64,000 nt of DNA from the NCBI GenBank assembly GCA_038245405.1, contig JBBRSO010000002.1:2366-66365 (forward strand), in the 5' to 3' direction. Origin of the DNA: Bacteroidales bacterium. GTDB lineage: Bacteria > Bacteroidota > Bacteroidia > Bacteroidales > VadinHA17. The first letter of the stretch is position 1. Each line of letters begins with the position of its first letter. A program made the translations under genes and the position numbers. The notes beneath the pieces are model-generated. The model had not been told where the DNA came from. It worked only from the letters and a program-made list of their open reading frames with translations, and did no database searches. Below, piece by piece: positions 25,685 to 36,000 of the stretch.

Positions 25685-27097
25685 ATGAAGAACTATGTAA
25701 TGGCATGGCGCAATCTCTGGAGAAACAAAAGGCGTACAATAATAACCGCAGCGTCGGTCTTTTTTGCCATTTTCTTTGCTCTGTTAATGCGATCGCTGCA
25801 ACTGGGTTCGTATGATCATATGTTCCGGAATATTATAGAATCATACACCGGCTATGTTCAGATTCAGCAGGAAGATTTCTGGGACAACAAGACTATTGAT
25901 AATGTATTTGAATTTTCTCCGGCTCTGGAAAAATCTGTTTTAAGTGATGAAAATGCAAAATCCGTTGTTCCGCGACTTGAATCCTTCGCCCTTGCATCAG
26001 TGGGGTCATTAACAAAAGGAGTCCTTGTTATGGGCATTGATCCTGAAAAAGAAAACCTGTTATCAGGTTTGAAAGCTAAGCTTGTCAAATACCGTTTAAC
26101 TGATGAAGCAATATCAAATATTAAAAAATCAGTACTTCCCGATAAAATAAAAAATGAGCTGGACCAGTTGAAAGACAAATCTTTTCCGGGAGATGAACCA
26201 TTAAGAGTAGAACTGGGAATAAAAAAAAAGGATGCAGATATCATGATGGGTCCTTTCGTTAAGTATGCTTCTTTCAAAAATGATTATCTCACTGAAAGCG
26301 AGAAGGGTGTCATGATTGGTGACAGGCTGTCAAAATATCTGAAGTTGAATCCCGGCGATACCCTGGTACTCATAAGTCAGGGATATCATGCCACCACGGC
26401 TGCAGCAAAATTCAGGGTTTGCGGTATTGTTAAACTCCCTTCACCTGAAATAGACAATATGATAGTTTATATGCCTTATGATGTTTGTCAGGAGTTTTAC
26501 AATGCACCCGGGATGATTACTTCTCTTGCAATCTCCGTAAGAAAGAATAGCAACAGAAGTATCGACGCAATGATTTCAAGATTGGAAACCAGGTTAAAGC
26601 CTCCATTGCGGGTAATTGGCTGGCGCGAAATGAACCAGCTGCTTTTAAGTCAGATGGATGCAGATAATAAAAGCGGTATGATCATAATTGGTATTCTTTA
26701 TCTTGTTATTGCTTTCGGCATTTTTGGCACAGTATTAATGATGACTGCTGAACGCAGGCGTGAATTTGGTGTTCTTGTTGCCATAGGGATGCAGAAAACA
26801 AAGCTTGGCGCAGTGATTTCGATCGAGATGATTTATATAGGACTTTTGGGCATTATAACCGGAATTGCTGTCGCATTACCTGCTATTTTAATCGGATATT
26901 ACCATCCTATCCGGATCACTGGAGCTGCAGCCAAAATGTACGAAGATTACGGAATGGAACCTGTTATGAAATTCATGCCGGTGGACACATATTTTCTATG
27001 GCAGGCTTTTATTGTCGCCATAATTATTCTGATAGCTATTATCTACCCTTTAAATAAAATACTAAAACTAAATACTGCAAGTTCGTTAAAAGCATAG
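25685..27097 (+). CDS. ABC transporter permease (FtsX/MacB-like), subunit 1
   Basis: 470 aa. N-terminal TM helix (AWRNLWRNKRRTIIT), a large periplasmic domain and a C-terminal FtsX 3-TM bundle. Confidence 0.85.
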   Translation: MKNYVMAWRNLWRNKRRTIITAASVFFAIFFALLMRSLQLGSYDHMFRNIIESYTGYVQIQQEDFWDNKTIDNVFEFSPALEKSVLSDENAKSVVPRLESFALASVGSLTKGVLVMGIDPEKENLLSGLKAKLVKYRLTDEAISNIKKSVLPDKIKNELDQLKDKSFPGDEPLRVELGIKKKDADIMMGPFVKYASFKNDYLTESEKGVMIGDRLSKYLKLNPGDTLVLISQGYHATTAAAKFRVCGIVKLPSPEIDNMIVYMPYDVCQEFYNAPGMITSLAISVRKNSNRSIDAMISRLETRLKPPLRVIGWREMNQLLLSQMDADNKSGMIIIGILYLVIAFGIFGTVLMMTAERRREFGVLVAIGMQKTKLGAVISIEMIYIGLLGIITGIAVALPAILIGYYHPIRITGAAAKMYEDYGMEPVMKFMPVDTYFLWQAFIVAIIILIAIIYPLNKILKLNTASSLKA

Positions 27098-27108
27098 TAA
27101 AGAGAGAA

Positions 27109-28536
27109 ATGATCTGGGAAACTGCATGGAAAAATGTTTGGAGAAACCCGGTAAGAAGTACCGTGGTAATATCTTCTATTACTGTAGGGGTATTTGCAGG
27201 GGTATTTTCCGTTGCAATGATGGAGGGAATGGTAAACCAAAGGGTGAGATCTGCAATTGATGAAGAAATTTCTTATATTCAGGTATCTGCGAAGGGTTTT
27301 CGTACTGATTATGATCCGGCGCTGATAATCAATAACTCACGTAAGATTGAATCGGTCATTAAAAATACTCCTGATGTTACTGGTCTGTGCGAAAGAATTG
27401 TTTTAAGCGGAATGGCTAACACAGCCCGGAAAAGTACAGGCGTCAAGATTGTCGGAATTAACCCTGATCAGGAAAAGGAGGTTTTTTCAATGTTCAGGAA
27501 GGTTATGCCGGGCACAGGAACCTACTTTGAAAACGGGTCAATGCCCAACCAGGTCCTGATAGGTCAGGATCTGGCAAAGGATCTGAACATAATTCAATAT
27601 TCGATCGATAGTACAAAGCTTACTGAACTCAATGCTAATGGCGTTCCCCGGTATATTACAGACAGGCTATCAGTTCTGACCGGCAACAGGTTTGGTACTG
27701 AAAAACTGTTTATTAAAAAATTAAAATCAATGTTTTCTGCCAGTGAATCTGCCAGGTATGGTCAGCTGATCAAGGACAAGGCATGGACATTCAGGGAAGG
27801 ATCGAGACTTATACTCACCTTTCTTGATAAAGATAACAACCAGGTTGGAGCAACTTTCAGAGTGAACGGTTTGTATGATATCTATAATAACATTTATGAA
27901 AAGAATGTTGTGTTCGTAAAAAACGATGACCTGAGAAAGTTGTCAGGAATACCAGAGAACTCTTTTCATCAGATGATAGTTAAAATCAATAATATTGATA
28001 ACACAGATGCCATTTCCTTAGGGCTTAAAAAAAAGTTGCCTGACCTCGAAGTTCTGAGCTGGAAAGAAATACAACCCGACCTGGCATTGATTGCAGAGAT
28101 GACCCAGATTTATTATGCAATATTCATGCTTATCATTCTGGCAGCTCTTGCGTTCGGGATAGTGAATACCATGCTTATGGTTGTACTTGAAAGAACAAAA
28201 GAACTTGGAATGCTTACTGCAATTGGAATGAATAAAAAGAAAGTATTCTCGATGATTATGCTTGAATCAGTATTTATGTCAGTTATCGGTGGGATTATCG
28301 GAATATTGATAAGTATGCTGGTTATTTCATTAACAGCCAAAAACGGGATAAATTTTTCGCAATATTCAGAAGGATTTGAGGCACTGGGATACTCAGCGCA
28401 CATATATCCCGAAATTGAACCTCTATTCTTCGCAGAAGTTGTTGTTTTGATAATCTTTACAGGTATACTTTCCTCCATATATCCTGCCAGGAAAGCGCTT
28501 AAGCTCGATCCTGCAGAAGCAATAAGAACCGAATGA
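27109..28536 (+). CDS. ABC transporter permease (FtsX/MacB-like), subunit 2
   Basis: 475 aa with the same architecture (AWKNVWRNPVRSTVV... and the FtsX C-terminus ...ARKALKLDPAEAIRTE). Confidence 0.85.
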   Translation: MIWETAWKNVWRNPVRSTVVISSITVGVFAGVFSVAMMEGMVNQRVRSAIDEEISYIQVSAKGFRTDYDPALIINNSRKIESVIKNTPDVTGLCERIVLSGMANTARKSTGVKIVGINPDQEKEVFSMFRKVMPGTGTYFENGSMPNQVLIGQDLAKDLNIIQYSIDSTKLTELNANGVPRYITDRLSVLTGNRFGTEKLFIKKLKSMFSASESARYGQLIKDKAWTFREGSRLILTFLDKDNNQVGATFRVNGLYDIYNNIYEKNVVFVKNDDLRKLSGIPENSFHQMIVKINNIDNTDAISLGLKKKLPDLEVLSWKEIQPDLALIAEMTQIYYAIFMLIILAALAFGIVNTMLMVVLERTKELGMLTAIGMNKKKVFSMIMLESVFMSVIGGIIGILISMLVISLTAKNGINFSQYSEGFEALGYSAHIYPEIEPLFFAEVVVLIIFTGILSSIYPARKALKLDPAEAIRTE

Positions 28537-28560
28537 GATCAAACTACTAAATTCTAAATC

Positions 28561-29247
28561 ATGAATGTTCTTGAACTAAAAAATGTCAATAAGATCTACG
28601 ATGAATCGGAAATCCATGTCCAGGCAGTCAACAACGTAACGCTCGATTTCCGTGAAGCTGAATTTGCAGCTATTGTCGGACCATCAGGATCTGGAAAAAC
28701 CACACTTCTGAACCTGATAGGAGGACTTGACAAGCCAACTTCCGGAGGAATAATTATTGACGGTACAGATCTGGCGACACTTAAATCATCTGATCTTATT
28801 GATTTCAGGATGCGAAATATAGGATTTGTATTCCAGGCATACAATCTTATTCCTGTACTTACTGCGAAAGAAAACGTTGAGTTTATTATGTCGCTTCAGA
28901 ATTGGACCCGTAAAAAGAAGGATGAAAGAACATTCGAATTATTAAAGGCTGTCGGATTATACGACAGGATGAACAGTCGTCCTTCAAAACTGTCGGGTGG
29001 ACAGCAACAAAGGATTGCAGTTGCAAGAGCATTGGCTACACGGCCAAAGTTTGTGCTGGCCGACGAACCTACTGCAAACCTCGATTCAAAATCCGCTGCA
29101 ACACTATTAGAAATTATGGAAAAGCTGAATCATGAAGAAAAAATAACATTTATTTTTTCAACTCATGATGCGCGAGTGGTAAAAATGGCACGCAGAGTCA
29201 TCACCCTTGAAGACGGGAAAGTTATTTCTGACGACAGACATGAATAA
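28561..29247 (+). CDS. ABC transporter ATP-binding protein (LolD/MacB-type)
   Basis: Walker A GPSGSGKTT, signature LSGGQQQR, Walker B FVLADEPT. Confidence 0.92.
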   Translation: MNVLELKNVNKIYDESEIHVQAVNNVTLDFREAEFAAIVGPSGSGKTTLLNLIGGLDKPTSGGIIIDGTDLATLKSSDLIDFRMRNIGFVFQAYNLIPVLTAKENVEFIMSLQNWTRKKKDERTFELLKAVGLYDRMNSRPSKLSGGQQQRIAVARALATRPKFVLADEPTANLDSKSAATLLEIMEKLNHEEKITFIFSTHDARVVKMARRVITLEDGKVISDDRHE

Positions 29248-29268
29248 CCTGTATTACGTATATAAGAA

Positions 29269-30420
29269 ATGAAATCAGTATTCATAATAGTTTTTCTTTT
29301 TGTAGTATCCGGTGTATCGGTTTTTTCACAGGAAGGAAAAAAAGCTTTCACAATCAAGGGTTATGTCAGTACACTTCAAACTGTTATGTTTGACTCATTG
29401 AATGGTCAATTTATAAATGATAATCTTCTGCATAACAGAATTAATCTAAAGGGGTACCTCAATGATCATATCAGCGTTTCAGCAGAATTCAGAAACAGAA
29501 TGTTTACCGGCGATCAGGTAAGATTAAATAATCAATATGCAGAGTTAATTGGAAAAGATCAGGGCTGGATGGATATGTCATGGAATATATTGAATAAGCA
29601 ATCATTCCTTCTCAATACAACAATTGACCGTTTCTGGATTGACTTTAATTATTCCAGGTTTCAGGTAAGTATAGGCCGTCAGCGAATAAACTGGGGTCAG
29701 ACATTTGTCTGGAATCCAAATGATATTTTTAACTCCTATTCCTTTTTTGATATTGATTATATTGAAAAGCCGGGAAGTGATGCTGTTCGGATTCAGTACT
29801 ATCTTTCCCCTTCTTCGACTTTTGATTTCGCAATTAAGGCTAATAGTGATAATCAGATTACTGTTGGCGGACTCTTCAAATTCAATAAATGGGGATATGA
29901 CATCCAACTTCTTGCAGGATATGTGGATAACAAAGACTTCGTTGCCGGAACAGGCTGGTCGGGTTCATTAGGTTCAATATCATTTCGTGGGGAGACATCG
30001 TGGTTTCAGCCGGTTAAATATTTCGCAGATTCTACCGGTCGTGGCTTGTTTACAGTATCCTTTGATAAAACATTTAAGAAAAATTCGACAGCGCAACTAC
30101 AGCTAATGTATTGTAACAATCCATTAAAACTAAGTGATTTTAGTTCATTTTACTATGGAAGCCTGTCAGCAAAAGACCTGGCTTTTTCAAAATTTACAGC
30201 TTTCTGGCAGTTTGTATGGGCGGTAAATCCTTTATTTAACCTGGGCATGTCAGTTATGTGGTTCCCTGACCTCAATGGCTATTTTGCGGGTCCCTCCCTT
30301 GATTTTTCACTCGCTGAAAATGTCGACTTTTCATTAATATGGCAGCACTTCGACAGCCAGATGAGCGGTCAAAGACAAAGAATTAATCTTGGCTTTTTAA
30401 GGGTGAAATACAGCTTTTAG
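29269..30420 (+). CDS. putative outer-membrane beta-barrel protein, last gene of the LolA-like/ABC cluster
   Basis: 383 aa. Signal peptide, aromatic-rich alternating strands and a terminal ...LRVKYSF*. Confidence 0.6.
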   Translation: MKSVFIIVFLFVVSGVSVFSQEGKKAFTIKGYVSTLQTVMFDSLNGQFINDNLLHNRINLKGYLNDHISVSAEFRNRMFTGDQVRLNNQYAELIGKDQGWMDMSWNILNKQSFLLNTTIDRFWIDFNYSRFQVSIGRQRINWGQTFVWNPNDIFNSYSFFDIDYIEKPGSDAVRIQYYLSPSSTFDFAIKANSDNQITVGGLFKFNKWGYDIQLLAGYVDNKDFVAGTGWSGSLGSISFRGETSWFQPVKYFADSTGRGLFTVSFDKTFKKNSTAQLQLMYCNNPLKLSDFSSFYYGSLSAKDLAFSKFTAFWQFVWAVNPLFNLGMSVMWFPDLNGYFAGPSLDFSLAENVDFSLIWQHFDSQMSGQRQRINLGFLRVKYSF

Positions 30421-30438
30421 GACTGGTTTTTCAATGTT

Positions 30439-31218
30439 TTAAATAGATTTGTCGATAGCACCTAGCCCGAACAGTGCAAAATCGTACTTCACTGGATCCT
30501 TGTCATCAAAGCTTCTTAAAACTGTATCTAATTCAGTAACAGCTCTTGCGTCATTCTGTTTATGTTTCAATAAACCAAGTTTTCTTGCAATATTTCCTGA
30601 ATGAACATCAAGCGGGCATGATAAGATTGAAGGTGAAATAGACTTCCAAACACCGAAATCAACACCTTTATCATCTTTCCTTATCATCCACCTGAGATAC
30701 ATATTAATTTTTTTTGCCGCTGATCCCTTGAATGGATCTGAAATATGCTTCATAGTCCGTTTGTCATGCGGCAGTTCAAAGAACTTGTTCCTGAACTGAT
30801 GAATAGCCGGCTGTAAAGAATCCGGTGTCCGATACTGATTAAATATAGCTTCCAATCCGTTATGAGTCTGATAGATATTTTTAAGTGCTTTAATGAAGTA
30901 GATAAAATCTGCAGCATTAAATGTCCTGTGTATGACCGTTGAAATTCTTTCCAGATCATTATCACTGTGGTTCAAAATAAAATCTTTTGGTGAATCATCC
31001 ATATAATCCATCATCCGATTTGCATTTCTAAGGATCATCGTTCGATTGCCCCAGGCGATAGTTGCTGTTAAAAAGCCAGATATCTCTATATCTTCTTTAC
31101 CTGTAAAACGATGCGGGATACTAATGGGATCATGTTCAATAAAGTCAAGCCGGTTATACTTTTCAACCTTCTCATCCAAAAACTCTTTCAGCTCTTCCTT
31201 TTTTAGCTTCATATCCAC
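30439..31218 (-). CDS. TIGR02757 (DUF2400) family protein
   Basis: 259 aa. ...LDEKVEKYNRLDFIEHDPISIPHRF... is recognised as the TIGR02757 N-terminus. Confidence 0.7.
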   Translation of the reverse strand: MDMKLKKEELKEFLDEKVEKYNRLDFIEHDPISIPHRFTGKEDIEISGFLTATIAWGNRTMILRNANRMMDYMDDSPKDFILNHSDNDLERISTVIHRTFNAADFIYFIKALKNIYQTHNGLEAIFNQYRTPDSLQPAIHQFRNKFFELPHDKRTMKHISDPFKGSAAKKINMYLRWMIRKDDKGVDFGVWKSISPSILSCPLDVHSGNIARKLGLLKHKQNDARAVTELDTVLRSFDDKDPVKYDFALFGLGAIDKSI

Positions 31219-31321
31219 ATTCTGTCTATCACAAAGTTAAGGAAATATGAATGAATAAATGCGGACTAAATGAATCCAAGGAGCTCCGACTGGACTGCGG
31301 CAGCACTTGTGCCGAAATCCG

Positions 31322-31981
31322 CTAAGACTCATTTACAATAAGTCCGTCTTTTATCTGAAGAACTCTGTCAGACATAGAGGCCAGCTGACGATCGTGAGTA
31401 ACAATAATAATTGTCTGGCCAAATGTATCTCTCAGCTTAAAGAAAAGTTTGTGCAGTTCATTTTTATTTTCAGTGTCGAGGTTACCTGAAGGCTCATCGG
31501 CTAATATTACTGAGGGGTTGTTTACCAGGGCGCGTGCAACAGCAACACGTTGTTGTTCTCCCCCGCTTAATTCTGACGGTTTATGGTCGAGACGGTCTGA
31601 AAGGCTAAGGAATCCGAGAAGTTCTGTTGCCCTTGCTTCGGCTTCTGCCTTGTTCTTACCGGCAATATAGGCAGGGATGCATACGTTTTCGAGTGCAGTG
31701 AATTCCGGAAGGAGCTGGTGGAACTGAAAGACAAATCCGATATTACTGTTCCTGAAAGAAGCGAGAGATCTCCCCCTTAAGCGGCTTATATCTGAGTCGT
31801 TGTAAAAAACCGTTCCGCTATCAGGCCGGTCAAGTGTTCCGATTATCTGTAACAGCGTTGTTTTCCCAGCTCCGCTTGCACCGACAATACATACTACTTC
31901 TTTATCGGGAATCCTGATATCAATGCCCTTAAGTACTTTAAGGTTTCCGTAAGCTTTGGTAATTCCCGATGTACTGATCAT
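31322..31981 (-). CDS. ABC transporter ATP-binding protein (LolD-like), orphan
   Basis: 219 aa. Walker [29 protein letters not shown]. There is no adjacent permease gene. Confidence 0.88.
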   Translation of the reverse strand: MISTSGITKAYGNLKVLKGIDIRIPDKEVVCIVGASGAGKTTLLQIIGTLDRPDSGTVFYNDSDISRLRGRSLASFRNSNIGFVFQFHQLLPEFTALENVCIPAYIAGKNKAEAEARATELLGFLSLSDRLDHKPSELSGGEQQRVAVARALVNNPSVILADEPSGNLDTENKNELHKLFFKLRDTFGQTIIIVTHDRQLASMSDRVLQIKDGLIVNES

Positions 31982-32032
31982 TTCCTGAGGGAGATGTTTC
32001 TTTGAATTCGCATTATAAACAATGCGAAAATT

Positions 32033-32467
32033 TTATTCACTTACTTCCTTATAGAATTCGTTTGAAACATTTTCTTTCTTTACTTCCGGTTCTTCAGCAC
32101 TATTTCCAACACTCTCTTTTGTTTCTTCTCCGGCATTATTAACTGTCGTTGCCATCTCATTCATGTTTTTCCTTACTTCTGATGTCACATCATTCATGTC
32201 ATTATGAATAGATTGTGATAAATCGTTAGCATCTTTTGTGATCTTTTCAGAAAATGTAGTAATGTCGGTTTTTATTGAATCAGAGACATCAGCAATATCC
32301 TTGCGAAAATCACTCGTGCTTGTCTCAATCTCCCTCCTTATCTCATCAGTTGCCTTTCTGAAATCGCGCATTCCTTTCCCGACAGTTTTTGCGATGTCGG
32401 GCAATTTCTCAGCGCCAAAAAGTAAAAGGGCAACAATAATGATTACAAATATTTCCGGTCCGCTCAT
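32033..32467 (-). CDS. tatA: twin-arginine translocase TatA/E family subunit with a long acidic tail
   Basis: MSGPEIFVIIIVALLLFGAEKLPDIAKTVGKGMRDFRKA is the TatA TM helix plus amphipathic helix signature. Confidence 0.85.
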   Translation of the reverse strand: MSGPEIFVIIIVALLLFGAEKLPDIAKTVGKGMRDFRKATDEIRREIETSTSDFRKDIADVSDSIKTDITTFSEKITKDANDLSQSIHNDMNDVTSEVRKNMNEMATTVNNAGEETKESVGNSAEEPEVKKENVSNEFYKEVSE

Positions 32468-32504
32468 AACAATTATTAATAAGTGTTTTTCCCAGTTGAA
32501 TTGA

Positions 32505-32512
32505 CAAAGTTA
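32505..32512 (-). promoter_or_regulatory. candidate -7 promoter box for tatA
   Basis: The minus strand reads TAACTTTG (TAnnTTTG), about 37 nt upstream of ATG 32467. Confidence 0.35.
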
Positions 32513-32665
32513 GAAAAAGTTTGATGATAATTGTAAATAATAAAACCTCAAATAAAGTTAAATGTTTCACCAAACTCACAACCTCTCTCTGTGATAAATT
32601 TGAGGTTGGGGTATAGCCCTCAACTTAATGGGATAGTTAGATTTTAGGAAGTGAATTATCCCCTA

Positions 32666-32783
32666 TTCACAAAGTCGCGCATATGAAGCTTGGCGAAGTC
32701 TTCAGACTTCACCAATTAAAATTATAATTAACGAAAGCGAAGTTTGAAAACTTCGCTTAGCGGATAATAAAGATTTTTGTGAA
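32666..32783 (-). other. candidate structured RNA/element: an outer helix enclosing two related hairpins
   Basis: TTCACAAA (32666-32673) pairs with TTTGTGAA (32776-32783). Inside are hairpin 32692-32713 (GGCGAAGTC/GACTTCACC, loop TTCA) and hairpin 32735-32758 (AAGCGAAGTT/AACTTCGCTT, loop TGAA). The single C x A mismatch on the plus strand becomes a G-U pair on the minus strand. Confidence 0.3.
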
Positions 32784-32862
32784 GTAAATAAAAAGAGTAA
32801 AAGAATTTAGGCAGCATAGCCGTCAAATTAAGGGAATAAGAATTGAATGGGCGGTGAAATTT

Positions 32863-33038
32863 CCCCTACTTTTCAAGGAGGGGTGGCATGACCCTTAGGA
32901 CAGTCAAATTTTTATAATATGCATATTATCTGCGGTTCTAAACAGATTTAAATAAATAAAAGTCATGACGGGGTGGTTTATTAATGACCACAATTTGCTG
33001 GTTTTTAATTGGCCACCCCTCCTTCAAAAAAGGAGGGG
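32863..33038. repeat. inverted-repeat/hairpin element downstream of secDF
   Basis: CCCCTACTTTTCAAGGAGGGGTGGC (32863-32887) and GCCACCCCTCCTTCAAAAAAGGAGGGG (33012-33038). AAGGAGGGGTGGC and GCCACCCCTCCTT are exact inverted repeats. Each arm is itself a hairpin, and the second is a perfect CCCCTCC/GGAGGGG stem. A third GGGGTGG occurs near 32970. Confidence 0.5.
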
Positions 33039-33075
33039 ATATTTATCCTAATCTGTATTATCAGATACTTAGAAT

Positions 33076-36000
33076 CTATGCTTTAATTTTTACTTTGGCT
33101 TCTTTTACTTCTTCGGCTGCTTGAATGCCTTTATTCTTTGTAGTATCGTACATTAATGATGTTGCTACGAATACCGATGAATAAACACCTGTACCAATAC
33201 CTACCAGAAGGGCAAACATAAATCCGCGGATTACAGCGCCACCAAAGATGAACATTGCCACAATGGTAAGGATAACTGTAAGAGTCGTATTTATGGTTCT
33301 GGAAAGAGTCGAATTTATAGCCATATTGAGAACTTCCTTCAACGGACGCTTCCGGTACAAGGGAATGTATTCACGTAATCTGTCGAAGACAATAACCGTG
33401 TCGTTAACGGAGAATCCGATAACAGTAAGGATTGCCGCTATAAATGCCTGGTCAATTTCCATAGAGAATGGCATTATACCCCAGAATATTGAAAACACTC
33501 CAATAACAAGCAATGTATCGTGAGCCAGTGACATAACGGCTCCGAATCCATACTGCCAGTAACGGAATCTCAAAAATATATACAGGAATATTAAAACCAG
33601 GGCTAATCCTACTGCGTAGAAAGCGTTAATCTTAATGTCAGCAGCGACTACTGGACCAACTGTTTCAGAACTTCTTCTGTTGTTGCTCAGAAATTCTTCC
33701 TTTGTAACATTTGCACCCAAAAAGTCTTTAAGACCTTCATAAAGTTTAGTGTCTACTTCATCATCAACTCCGGTCTCATCTATCCTGTACTTAGTAGTAA
33801 TTTTAACCTGATTATCATTTCCATAAGTTACAACCTGGGGAAGTTCACCAAATGCGACATTAAGTTTTGCAGCTACATCTTCAGTTCTAACCGGTTTATC
33901 AAATTGTATCACGTATGAACGACCACCTTTAAAATCGATTCCTGGATTAAGACCTCTTACAAAAAGTGAAACTACACCTGCAAGGAGTATGACTCCTGAT
34001 AAAATATAGAAGTATTTTCTCATACCAATAAAATCTATCTTGGTATGTTTGAATACATCAGCAGTTATCTTAATGGAGAATGTTAGTTTTTTGTCCTTCT
34101 TCAGCAGGGTATCATAAATGATTCTGGTTATGAATATAGCTGTGAACAATGAAGTAAGGATACCAATCACAAGTGTGGTAGCAAATCCTTTTATTGGTCC
34201 GGTTCCAAATACATAAAGAACTATACCGGTAAGTAATGTTGTAACGTTAGAGTCGATAATGGCCGAATAGGCATGTTTATAACCGTCGTGAATTGCAAGT
34301 TTCAAACCTTTGCCTGCTCTGAGTTCTTCTCTGATACGCTCATAGATAAGAACGTTCGCATCGACTGCCATCCCCATTGTGAGCACCATACCAGCTATAC
34401 CCGGTAATGTCAGAACAGCGTTTAGGGAAGCAAGCACTCCGAAGAGCAGGAAAACGTTGGCAATAAGAGCGATATTAGCTATAGTACCGGCGCTCTTGCT
34501 GTAATAGAAGACCATAAAAGCAAGAACAAGAACGAAAGCTATGATAAAGGAAATAAAACCTGAATTGATTGCTTCCGCACCAAGGGTCGGTCCTACTATT
34601 GTATCAGAGATGATATGTGTGGGTGCCGGGAGTTTTCCGGATTTTAAGATGTTCGAAAGGTCATCAGCTTCTTCTATTGTAAAATCGCCTGTAATCTCAG
34701 TACTGCCCTGTGTAATTTCATTCTGAACTCTGGGATAAGAACGAACATAACCGTCGAGTACTACTGCAATACAGCGACCGATATTCTCACGTGTCATCCT
34801 TGCCCATATTTTTGAACCTTCCGAATTCATTGACATATCGACCTTCACGTCACCATTGACACCTGTTGAAGTTCTTGCAGAGGTAATGACTCCTCCACCG
34901 AGTGGTGGTCTGCCGTCGCGGGTAGTAATCTTAATAGCATGAAGCTCATACATCGATTTTGTAGGATCCTGTTTATAAGCATTCTGACTCCACAACATTT
35001 TAAGATCACGTGGGAACAATGATTTTATATTGTTCATTTTCAAATAAGCATCGATTCTTGCCGTATCTTTTGAACTTGCAAGACCGATCATGCTTGATGG
35101 CAATGGCTGTCCTTCAGATGTTACACGGGGTATAAGTATGCCGAACAATGGATTCTGTTGTGTGAATCCTTCACGTGTATTAGCAGTTGTTGAAGTTGTT
35201 TTGGATGTATCTTTATTTATAAGATCAAGAAGTGACTGCTCACTTTTTGTTGTGTCTGCAGCAGCTTTTTTAGTATCTGCTGTGATGTTGGCAGTACTTT
35301 CACTGCTAACCTGCATTTCTTTCAGGATATTATTAGCCTGCGACAGGTAAGGTAAGATCTCACTGTTTTCATATGTCTCCCAGAATTCGAGATTGGCTGA
35401 TCCCTGGAGAAGCTCTCTTACTCGTTTTGGGTTAGTCTGGCCAGGTAGGTTGATAAGTATCCTTCCTTTGGTGGCCATCTGTGTGATATCAGGCTGAACA
35501 ACGCCAAAACGGTCGATCCTCGTGCGTAAGATATTGAATGCATTTGTAATGGCACCGTCAACCTCGGTATTGAGCACTTTGAGTACATCATCATTTGATG
35601 AATTAAAATTTATCTTTTCCTTAAGCTCAACTGTACCGAATATTGAGGCCAGCTTTGCATTTGGGTCAATTTCCTGGAAAGCTCTTCCAAAAAGTGTAAG
35701 ATAATCAGACTGACTGTTTTTCTGAAGTTCTTTTGCCCTGGCAAGCGCTGCCATAAATGTCTTATCAGGATTAAAGTTGGATAGCGCTTTTAAGATATCT
35801 TCAACGGATACTTCAAGGATTACGTTCATTCCACCTTTTAGGTCAAGACCAAGATTAAGCTCTCTTCTCTGGCAATCTTTGAATGTGTTACCTAAAAAGC
35901 TCCATTTATCCTTTGGTAATGTGGAAATCGAATCGAGGTACTGAGTCTCCTTTACAAGGTCTCCTTTTGCATATGCCCTGGCTTCCTTTTTAACCATATA

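Noticed and set aside
31219-31321. Weak hairpins (for example CGGCA-N7-TGCCG) between the orphan ATPase and the TIGR02757 gene as a terminator.
   Set aside because: The stems are only 4-5 bp with no U-tract, which is not distinguishable from chance.
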